64,000 nucleotides of DNA from an uncultured Candidatus Saccharibacteria bacterium (GTDB taxonomy: Bacteria > Patescibacteriota > Saccharimonadia > Saccharimonadales > CAZJQT01): the NCBI GenBank assembly GCA_964604415.1, contig CAZRYT010000001.1, forward strand, positions 4,818 to 68,817. The letters are read 5' to 3'. Made by a program: the position numbers and the translations under genes. Under the pieces are notes generated by a model, which saw only the letters and a list, made by a program, of their open reading frames with translations, searched no databases and was not told where the DNA came from. This document shows positions 9,144-17,202 of this stretch, piece after piece (position 1 is the stretch's first letter; each line of letters starts with the position of its first letter).

Positions 9144-12100
9144 ATGGCTAGAAGTAATTCAGGCGCTAGACGTCGTGGTGGGAACACGGGCCGTAAGAGT
9201 AAAAATAGTTATGTCACCAAGAGTGGCCAAACTATTAAGATTAACCGTACCCTGGGTGAACGCCTAAAGGCCTACCGCGAAAATTTTTCCCAGAAAAATG
9301 CCTCCAGGCTAGCTGGCATGCCAAAAAGCCGGGTTAAACGCTTTTTTTGGCGACTCCGACCCAAGCACTTGTATGAATACTGGTTCAGCCGCCAAGGCGG
9401 CATCATGGCCCTCAAGGTTGTCGGTATTGGTACACTCGTCAGCTTCTTATTATTAGTAGCTGTTTTTGCCTATTTCAGGAAGGATCTACCTGACATTACC
9501 AATTTCCCTGGTAACAACATCGGTGGTAGCATCCAGTATTACGACAGAACTGGCCAAACACTGCTCTGGGAAGATTTTGACGCCGTTAAGCGCATTCCTG
9601 TTAAGGATACTGAAATATCAAACAATATTCGCAAGGCCACGGTGGCAATTGAGGATAAAGACTTCTACAAACATGGTGGTTTTGATGTTCGCGGCATAGC
9701 CCGTGCCGGCGTAAATAATGTTTTTGGGCATGGCAGTACCCAAGGTGGTTCAACCATCACGCAGCAGTTGGTTAAGCTTTCACTCAACTGGACCGACCAA
9801 CGCACTTACGCACGAAAACTCAAAGAAATCATCCTATCAGTTGAATTAGAGCGTGAATACAATAAGGACCAGATACTAACTGGTTATCTAAACGTAGCAC
9901 CATATGGCAATATCGAATACGGTGTCGAGGCGGCCAGCAGCGACTACTTCCATAAAGCGGCTAAAGATTTGACCGTTGACGAAGCTGCCTTTTTGGCGGC
10001 TATTCCTAAGTCACCATCTATCTACTCACCTTATGGCCCATATTTTGATAAACCGACTTTAGTGGCTCGACAACACTATGTTATAGACCAAATGGTCGAC
10101 CAGCACATGATCACCAAAGACGACGGAGAGGCCGCCAAAAAAGTCGATACCATGGCTAAAGTCCAGCCTCAACAAAGCAAATACACCGGCATCAAAGCAC
10201 CGTATTTTGCCCTAGCTGCTAAGAGCGAGATTGAGTCTCGTTATGGCACCGAAACTGCCAACCGCGGTGGTTGGAAAGTTATCACCACCATGGATATGCG
10301 CTTGCAAAGCCTGGCCGAAGATTCTGTACAGAAGGACCTCCCAACCATGCATCGTTATGGTGCCGATGAAGCTGCTTTTGCCGCTGAAGACATTAAAACC
10401 GGCCAAATGGTAGCGCTGGTTGGCGGCGTCGATTTCAACAATACCGACCACGGCAAGATCAACTATGCGCACGATACCTTCATAGCCCCAGGCTCTAGCT
10501 TTAAGCCCTATGACTACGCTGCGCTCATAGATAAATCCACCAATGTCGGCGCCGGCTCTGTTTTGTACGATAGTAAAGGACCATTGCCGGGTTATCCTTG
10601 CACGGATCAAGGACTACCACCACCCAAGGGTCACGGTAACTGTCTGCAGGACTATGACTTTAGAACGCCTGGACCAATGACGCTGCGCTATGCGTTAGGT
10701 GGCTCACGCAACATTCCAGCCGTTAAAGCTAATCTCATTGCTGGCACCGACAACGTCATCAACATGGCCGATAAAATGATGGCCAATACTTACAATCCAA
10801 AACCATATCAATGTTATGAAACCGGCGACACAACCTTTACTAAGCCGACTCAATGTTATGGTGCCTCAGCCATTGGTGACGGAGCGTTCTTGCACCTCGA
10901 TGACCACGTCAATGGCTTGGCTACCTTAGCAAGACTGGGTTCAGCTATACCTAGGACTTACATCTTAAAAATCTCAACTCAAAGCAATCCAAATTTCTAT
11001 AACTACAAACAACCTAAAGCCGAGCAAGTGATTCGCCCCGACTCGGCCTACATAGTTGACGACATGGCCTCAGACCCGAACGCAAGCTACTTGCCATCTA
11101 GCTATAAGTTCCAGAGATTTAAGGGCTGGAACTTCGCTGTTAAAACTGGTACCACCAACAACGGTTTTGATGGTCTGATGGCCAGCTGGTCAACTAAATA
11201 CGCGGCTGTTTCATGGGTTGGCTACCACACGCGCAATCAAGCTCTAACAGGTGCCATGGAATACATGACAGAACCCATTACCCGACCGTGGATGGAAGGC
11301 GCTCATGATGCTAGCGCTGGCACGCCAACTAACTGGGAAAGACCATCTGGTGTTAAGACTTTACCTGCTTACGTGGTTAGAACGCATGTAGGTATTGGTT
11401 CGGTTGAGCCCAGCCCATCGACTGATCTTTTCCCTTCTTGGTTCACACCACCAAAAGCGGCCAGTGGCGTTAGCCAGAATGTCGATATTGTTAGCAATAA
11501 ACTTGCCACCGAATGTACGCCACCACTAGCCATCAAGCAAGTCAACAATGCAGACGTCAATACGTTTTCAGTTGATAAGTTTGTCAATAACGGCGGCACG
11601 ACTGACCAAAAAGATGATGTTCACGATTGTAATGACGTAAAACCAAGTCTTGACCCCTTAGTTCTAAATGCTGACGGCAGTGTAACTGTTGTAGTCCACA
11701 AAGGAACACACGATTTATCTAGTGACCAATTCAAGGGCACTGTTAACTTCCTAGCCAATGGCCAAAACGTTAAATCTGTCCAAGTTGACTCTGATGGCCA
11801 AACCGCAACTCTACCTGCCGGTACCGCACCCGCTGGCTCAACCGTGACTGCCCAGATCATTGATAGTGTTCTGTACGACGCTAATAGTCCAAACTCCGTT
11901 ACGATCCCCGGAGGTGGAGTTTCAGCCCCTTTAGCGACAAGCCCCGCAAGCGGGGCAACACTCGCTAAAAATAGTGTCATATTTAGCTGGTCAGGCGGTA
12001 CTGCTAATTACACCGTTCATGCTACATGCTTGTCCGGAGGACAAAAATCAGATATTTCTGCTACATCCTATGATCCACCCAATAGCGATCTTACTTCAGG

Positions 12101-12170
12101 CTCCTGTACTTGGTGGGTAGAAGACTCAAGTGGCCAAGAGTCAACACACATAACCTTTACTGTCGTTTAA
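9144..12170 (+). CDS. Class A penicillin-binding protein (transglycosylase/transpeptidase) with a long C-terminal extension
   Basis: 1008 aa. N-terminal TM helix. GT51 motifs EDKDFYKHGG and GGSTITQQ. Transpeptidase motifs SSFKP, SRN and KTGTT. About 250 extra C-terminal residues are rich in T/S/G/V. Confidence 0.92.
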   Translation: MARSNSGARRRGGNTGRKSKNSYVTKSGQTIKINRTLGERLKAYRENFSQKNASRLAGMPKSRVKRFFWRLRPKHLYEYWFSRQGGIMALKVVGIGTLVSFLLLVAVFAYFRKDLPDITNFPGNNIGGSIQYYDRTGQTLLWEDFDAVKRIPVKDTEISNNIRKATVAIEDKDFYKHGGFDVRGIARAGVNNVFGHGSTQGGSTITQQLVKLSLNWTDQRTYARKLKEIILSVELEREYNKDQILTGYLNVAPYGNIEYGVEAASSDYFHKAAKDLTVDEAAFLAAIPKSPSIYSPYGPYFDKPTLVARQHYVIDQMVDQHMITKDDGEAAKKVDTMAKVQPQQSKYTGIKAPYFALAAKSEIESRYGTETANRGGWKVITTMDMRLQSLAEDSVQKDLPTMHRYGADEAAFAAEDIKTGQMVALVGGVDFNNTDHGKINYAHDTFIAPGSSFKPYDYAALIDKSTNVGAGSVLYDSKGPLPGYPCTDQGLPPPKGHGNCLQDYDFRTPGPMTLRYALGGSRNIPAVKANLIAGTDNVINMADKMMANTYNPKPYQCYETGDTTFTKPTQCYGASAIGDGAFLHLDDHVNGLATLARLGSAIPRTYILKISTQSNPNFYNYKQPKAEQVIRPDSAYIVDDMASDPNASYLPSSYKFQRFKGWNFAVKTGTTNNGFDGLMASWSTKYAAVSWVGYHTRNQALTGAMEYMTEPITRPWMEGAHDASAGTPTNWERPSGVKTLPAYVVRTHVGIGSVEPSPSTDLFPSWFTPPKAASGVSQNVDIVSNKLATECTPPLAIKQVNNADVNTFSVDKFVNNGGTTDQKDDVHDCNDVKPSLDPLVLNADGSVTVVVHKGTHDLSSDQFKGTVNFLANGQNVKSVQVDSDGQTATLPAGTAPAGSTVTAQIIDSVLYDANSPNSVTIPGGGVSAPLATSPASGATLAKNSVIFSWSGGTANYTVHATCLSGGQKSDISATSYDPPNSDLTSGSCTWWVEDSSGQESTHITFTVV

Positions 12171-12174
12171 TAAG

Positions 12175-13518
12175 TTAGTCTTTTTCTAGGAAACTATTCA
12201 AAGCTTGGCGGACAGTAGAAACACCGACGTATTTAGCTGGCTGTTGGCCTTTGATGACTGGGCCAACAGCACCGTCAAAACCTAGTTTTTTGGCTTCCGC
12301 CAAACGCTTATCTATAAAAGGCACGTGACGGATTTCTCCGCTCAAACCAACCTCACCAAACACCGCCGCGTTTTTCTTGAGCTGCATGCCACGGCTAGCA
12401 CTAGCAATGGCCATACAAATAGCCAGATCAGCTGCTGGTTCGCTCAAACGAATACCACCAACCACATTTATATAAATATCTTGGTCAGACAAGTTGAGTT
12501 TAGTGCGCTTTTCCAGCATGGCGACCAGTAAGTTAACACGGTTGAGGTCAATGCCACTAGCTGCCCGTTTAGGGTAACCGTAACTGGTGCGATTAACCAA
12601 GGCCTGGACTTCAACTAGGAGTGGGCGACTGCCTTCAATAGTGGCCAAAACAATTGAGCCGTCAGTTATTTGCCTCTCAGCTAACAGAGCAGCTGATGGA
12701 TTCTGAACTGGCTCTAGGCCCTTCTCGGTCATTTCAAAGATACCCGCCTCGGTGGTTGGGCCGTAACGGTTTTTGCCAGCTCTGAGTACTTTGAAGCCGC
12801 CGTAACGGTCGCCCTCTAACTGCAGAACGACGTCAACAACGTGTTCCAAGAGTTTAGGCCCAGCAATTGAGCCTTCTTTGGTAACGTGACCGACTAAAAC
12901 CAAAGCGGTATCGGTTTGTTTGGCAGCCAGACTGAGCATGTGGGTAGAGTTGGTTATCTGGCTAACACTGCCAGCAGCAGAGGAAATGGCCTCAGCGGTT
13001 ATGGTCTGGATTGAATCGACAATAACCAACTTATAGTTGTCATTCATCATAGTATGAGCAATATCGTCAGCACTGTTACTAGTTGCTATTTGCAATTGTT
13101 TTGAGCCCAAACCAAGCCGCTTGGCTCTGAGGCCAATCTGGTGGGCTGATTCTTCGCCACTAATGTATAGAACCGGTACTTTCTCTGCGAGCTTATAGGC
13201 CAGTTGTAGAAGTAGCGTGCTTTTGCCAATGCCTGGCTCTCCGGCTAGCAAGTTAACACTCCCAGCTACCAGACCACCGCCCAAAACTTGATCTAATTCA
13301 TCAATACCACTGACCAGCCGTTTTTGATCTTTGCTAAGCGACGCAGTGGCTGAAACTGTCTGTAAGTCACGGCCAGAGCTCTTTAACTGTCCAGTACTGA
13401 CTGACAATTGCTCCTGCAAAGTGTTCCACTCGCCGCATTGGAAACATTTGCCGCTCCATGTGCTGCTAACCGCTCCACAATTGCTACAAACGTATCTAAC
13501 GGACTCCTTTTTTGCCAT
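12175..13518 (-). CDS. radA: DNA repair protein RadA/Sms
   Basis: 447 aa. Zinc finger CSNCGx10CxxC, Walker A GEPGIGKST, KNRYG motif and a Lon-like C-terminal domain. Confidence 0.95.
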   Translation of the reverse strand: MAKKESVRYVCSNCGAVSSTWSGKCFQCGEWNTLQEQLSVSTGQLKSSGRDLQTVSATASLSKDQKRLVSGIDELDQVLGGGLVAGSVNLLAGEPGIGKSTLLLQLAYKLAEKVPVLYISGEESAHQIGLRAKRLGLGSKQLQIATSNSADDIAHTMMNDNYKLVIVDSIQTITAEAISSAAGSVSQITNSTHMLSLAAKQTDTALVLVGHVTKEGSIAGPKLLEHVVDVVLQLEGDRYGGFKVLRAGKNRYGPTTEAGIFEMTEKGLEPVQNPSAALLAERQITDGSIVLATIEGSRPLLVEVQALVNRTSYGYPKRAASGIDLNRVNLLVAMLEKRTKLNLSDQDIYINVVGGIRLSEPAADLAICMAIASASRGMQLKKNAAVFGEVGLSGEIRHVPFIDKRLAEAKKLGFDGAVGPVIKGQQPAKYVGVSTVRQALNSFLEKD

Positions 13519-13538
13519 AGTCTTAGTATTCTAGCAAA

Positions 13539-14510
13539 CTATTGCTGTTGAATAGTCTCGGGTGTGTTTTGAATAGCATTTATTAGCTGGTTTTCTTCCA
13601 ACGCCAGAGCGTTTCGCTCCTCAAGTAAGCTATTGTATTGGCTGATCAAACTCTTAACGCGGTTGACGTTTTGATTATAGTTAGCGACTTGGGCGTTATA
13701 GTCGTTTACACCAGCATTGTAATCTTTGTAGTCTTTTGCCGCCAGGTAGGCGTCCAGCTGGGCCCGCTTGGCATCAATCACCTTCTGCTGAGTATTCAAA
13801 GAGGCTTCGAGACTATCGATTTGCTGTTTTATGCTAGCTAGCTGCCGGTCATCTTCAGCGACTTTGTTTTTGCGCTCGGTAAAAGCTTTCTCATAATTCT
13901 CAGAGTAGCTGACTATTTTTGACCTGTCGGAAAAATAACGGCCGTAGTAAGTCTCTAGGTCTGGCGGCAAATTGCGTACTTCCGTACCGAGGATGGAATG
14001 GAGCTCATTGGTAACGTCAGCACCGTTCTTCTGGTATTCCTCTATAGTACTTTTGATGCGATCATCTTGGAGGCCTGCATAAGCCTGGTCAATTAGTTTA
14101 TTGACGCGCTGTTTCTCCGATGGACTTAGACGGTCATAGGCGGCGTGCAGAGTTTCATGAGCGGCAGTAACTTGTAAAATACCACTCAGTCTCGGATCCT
14201 GAATATTGCTAAGATAAATGCCCCTAAAGGCTACGTAACAACCCAAAATTATGGTTTTTTCATCACTTTTACAGTTCTGACTGAAGGTTTGCTTATCTTC
14301 TAAGTCCGGGTGATAGACGTAAAACAAATGCTGGGTTGATGGTTTCATGGTTGTGTCTGCCGCAATCTGAGCGATTGCAGCTGGCGGTTGGTAGCCCCGC
14401 AGACGCCACCAGTCATAAATTGCCCAGTGTTGCCACCATGCCAAGACCACCGCGGCAATCAGGGCTAAACTAGTTAGTAGTGAAACAACCTTTTTCAGGC
14501 TATCTTTCAT
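13539..14510 (-). CDS. Membrane-anchored protein with an HExxH motif and a C-terminal N/Q-rich coiled coil
   Basis: 323 aa. One N-terminal TM helix (positive-inside), AAHETLHAAY, then about 110 aa of heptad-like sequence. It sits between clpC and radA. Confidence 0.6.
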   Translation of the reverse strand: MKDSLKKVVSLLTSLALIAAVVLAWWQHWAIYDWWRLRGYQPPAAIAQIAADTTMKPSTQHLFYVYHPDLEDKQTFSQNCKSDEKTIILGCYVAFRGIYLSNIQDPRLSGILQVTAAHETLHAAYDRLSPSEKQRVNKLIDQAYAGLQDDRIKSTIEEYQKNGADVTNELHSILGTEVRNLPPDLETYYGRYFSDRSKIVSYSENYEKAFTERKNKVAEDDRQLASIKQQIDSLEASLNTQQKVIDAKRAQLDAYLAAKDYKDYNAGVNDYNAQVANYNQNVNRVKSLISQYNSLLEERNALALEENQLINAIQNTPETIQQQ

Positions 14511-14526
14511 ATTGCTATTTTAGCAG

Positions 14527-17004
14527 TTACTCGGTCACAAGAGCATATTTTAGATCGTTTTTGTCAGCGTTAACCTTAACGATATGGCCCTTTTCGTGCT
14601 TTTCGTCCAAAAGTTCCAACGCTATGTGATCTTCTAGAGTGTCCTGGATTAGTCGACGCATTGGCCGTACGCCATTTTTGGCGTCATAGCCGTTGCTGAG
14701 TAGAAATTCCTTGGCAGCTTTGGTGATCTCCAGGCCAATGCCATGCTTAACTAGCCGCTGACGTAGCTCATCGAGTTGCAGGTCCAAAATCTTCAGGACA
14801 TTTGGTCGGCTGAGAGCTTTGAAAACAATCACTTTATCAATACGGTTGAGTAGCTCGGGGCGCATAGTTTTCTTGAGAGAATCCAGGACTTTGTCCTTAT
14901 TGGTCTCATGAATTTGATTTAAATCATCTAGGTCGGCATTGTCCTGGGCGTGGAAACCAAGGTCGGCTTCCTTCTGAAGCTTATCAGCGCCGATGTTGCT
15001 AGTCATGATGACAATAGTGTTACTAAAATCAATCTTACGACCTTTAGCATCGGTCAGGACGCCGTCTTCTAGGATCTGGAGTAACATATTGAAAACTTCT
15101 GGATGAGCTTTTTCGATCTCGTCAAACAGCACTAAGCTATAGGGTTGACGGCGAATCTTATCTGTTAGCTGGCCACCATCATCGTAGCCGACATAGCCAG
15201 CTGGTGCGCCGACTAAACGAGCCACGGTGTGGTGCTCGCCAAACTCGCTCATATCAATTTTCACCAAAGCGTCTTCGCTACCAAAGAATTCACGAGCCAA
15301 GACTCGTGCTAATTCGGTCTTACCGACGCCAGTTGGGCCCAAGAATATGAATGAGCCGATTGGACGACCTGAGGCACCAATGCCAGTCCGATTGCGCCTA
15401 ATTGCTTTGGAAGCAGCTGCGACAGCTTCGTCTTGGCCAATCACAAATTTGGAGATGTTCTTTTCTAGGTTCAGTAAATACTTGGCCTCAGATCTAATGA
15501 CCTTGGTCACCGGCACGCCAGTCATCCTAGCCACCACATCAGCTACATCCTCACTAGTCATGACAATCTTCTTTTGAATCTTGCCATTTTTCTTGAGTTT
15601 CTTGAGATCTTCATTGATCTGGATAGCGCGTTGTTTAAGCTTGGCGGCTAGTTCATAGTCTTGATTATCAGCCGCATCATCCTTTTGGATATTAACCAAT
15701 TGGAGTTCCTTTTGTAGTTTACGAATCTCCGGCGGAGTTTTACCTTTGTCGACTTTTAGATAAGCGGCTGTTTCGTCCAGAAGGTCAATGGCTTTATCGG
15801 GCATAAAACGGTCATTGACATAGCGTTTGGCTAGGACAGCGGTGTCTTCTAGAACTTCATCGCTGACTTTTACATTGTGGAAATCTTCGTAGTGTTTGCG
15901 TAGTCCCTTTAGGATGGCGATGGTTTCGGGCAAGGTTGCTTCAGGCACTTGAATAGGCTGGAAGCGTCGCTCTAAGGCAGCATCTTTCTCTATATGTTTG
16001 GTGTATTCGGCGGTAGTAGTGGCGCCAACCAGTTGGATCTTACCGCGGGCTAAAGCTGGTTTTAGAATGTTGCCGGCGTCCATGGCGCCCTCGGCAGCAC
16101 CAGCTCCAACAATCAGATGTAGCTCATCAATAAAGACGATGCTACGGTTATCATTTTCAAGCTCACTCATGACTTTTTTAAGCCGTTCTTCGAACTCGCC
16201 ACGGTATTTGGTACCGGCAATCATAGCGGCCAAATCAAGCATCACTAAGCGCTTGTCCAGCAAGCTATCTGGCACTTCTTCGGATACGATGCGTTGGGCT
16301 AGGCCCTCAACAATGGCAGTCTTACCAACACCCGGTTCGCCAATCAGAACTGGATTGTTCTTGGTGCGGCGGTTAAGAATAGTAACCAAACGACGGATTT
16401 GTGGTTCACGGCCAACTACGGGGTCAAGTTTGCCTTGTTTAGCTTGCGCTGTTAAGTCAGTGCCAAAAAAGTCCAGAGCAGTTTTACGTTGTTTGCCGCC
16501 ACGGCGACGATGTTCGGTTGAGGCCTCGCTCTCGCCATCAAATTGTTGACGGTTTAGGAACTGTTCCAGCTCGTTTGTCAGGAAATCAACGTCAACATTC
16601 ATGTCTTTCAATAGTTTGGTAGCGCGAGCGTTCTTTTGGCTCAAAATGCTGTATAAAATGTGCTCGGTGCCAGTCACGTCCTGATTGAAATCCTGTGAAA
16701 TTTCAGTCGCCATTTTAAGTGTTAGCTTGGCGGTTTCGCTCAAGCCTTTGGCGCCCATATTAATAACTAGAGTTTTGGGGGTTAGGTTCAAAACTAAGCG
16801 CGCTCGATCTAGTGTGATGCCAGCATTACTTAGGAACTTGGCTGCCAGGCTACCTGGCTGCGCCAAAACACCCAACAACAGATGTTCTGTGCCTACGTAA
16901 CTGCTGCCAAAACTGCGAGCAATGGCGTCAGCATGCTTTAGGCTAGAAATAGCATTGTCGGTTAAGTTTTTGTTGAAATCTTGAAATTCGTTTGAATTAG
17001 GCAT
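14527..17004 (-). CDS. clpC: ATP-dependent Clp protease ATP-binding subunit ClpC
   Basis: 825 aa. Two Clp_N repeats and two AAA+ modules ([16 protein letters not shown]). A short UVR-like middle domain of about 60 aa marks it as ClpC-type rather than ClpB. An LGF loop is present. Confidence 0.9.
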   Translation of the reverse strand: MPNSNEFQDFNKNLTDNAISSLKHADAIARSFGSSYVGTEHLLLGVLAQPGSLAAKFLSNAGITLDRARLVLNLTPKTLVINMGAKGLSETAKLTLKMATEISQDFNQDVTGTEHILYSILSQKNARATKLLKDMNVDVDFLTNELEQFLNRQQFDGESEASTEHRRRGGKQRKTALDFFGTDLTAQAKQGKLDPVVGREPQIRRLVTILNRRTKNNPVLIGEPGVGKTAIVEGLAQRIVSEEVPDSLLDKRLVMLDLAAMIAGTKYRGEFEERLKKVMSELENDNRSIVFIDELHLIVGAGAAEGAMDAGNILKPALARGKIQLVGATTTAEYTKHIEKDAALERRFQPIQVPEATLPETIAILKGLRKHYEDFHNVKVSDEVLEDTAVLAKRYVNDRFMPDKAIDLLDETAAYLKVDKGKTPPEIRKLQKELQLVNIQKDDAADNQDYELAAKLKQRAIQINEDLKKLKKNGKIQKKIVMTSEDVADVVARMTGVPVTKVIRSEAKYLLNLEKNISKFVIGQDEAVAAASKAIRRNRTGIGASGRPIGSFIFLGPTGVGKTELARVLAREFFGSEDALVKIDMSEFGEHHTVARLVGAPAGYVGYDDGGQLTDKIRRQPYSLVLFDEIEKAHPEVFNMLLQILEDGVLTDAKGRKIDFSNTIVIMTSNIGADKLQKEADLGFHAQDNADLDDLNQIHETNKDKVLDSLKKTMRPELLNRIDKVIVFKALSRPNVLKILDLQLDELRQRLVKHGIGLEITKAAKEFLLSNGYDAKNGVRPMRRLIQDTLEDHIALELLDEKHEKGHIVKVNADKNDLKYALVTE

Positions 17005-17145
17005 ATTTATGATTCCTACCCTAAATGAGCGCTTCGCTTATGAGACAAACCTGCGGTTTTTCTCATCGCGCCGGGGAAATGAAATACATTTCTCTCGGGC
17101 TACTCTTTTCCCTTTAAATTATAAGCGGAATAAACCGCTACATCC

Positions 17146-17173
17146 ATAATAGCATTTAGCACTCAAAGGTCAA
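17146..17173 (-). promoter_or_regulatory. Sigma-70-type promoter of clpC (TTGACC-16 nt-TATTAT)
   Basis: The minus strand reads TTAGCACTCTTGACCTTTGAGTGCTAAATGCTATTATGG. The -35 box lies inside the CIRCE spacer. Confidence 0.55.
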
Positions 17174-17182
17174 GAGTGCTAA
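17156..17182 (-). promoter_or_regulatory. CIRCE element (HrcA operator)
   Basis: TTAGCACTC-AAAGGTCAA-GAGTGCTAA matches both 9-nt arms of the CIRCE consensus TTAGCACTC-N9-GAGTGCTAA exactly. Confidence 0.85.
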
Positions 17183-17202
17183 TCCAATCTGTTACATGAT
17201 TT

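Noticed and set aside
15998-16549. A long antisense ORF (183 aa) inside clpC, and similar same-locus shadow ORFs (for example 10212-10610, 11621-11980, 19869-20252, 23420-23785, 33060-33488, 25225-25668).
   Set aside because: They lie fully inside well-supported conserved genes on the opposite strand. They have low-complexity S/A/R/P-rich translations and no start signals, which is typical of shadow ORFs.
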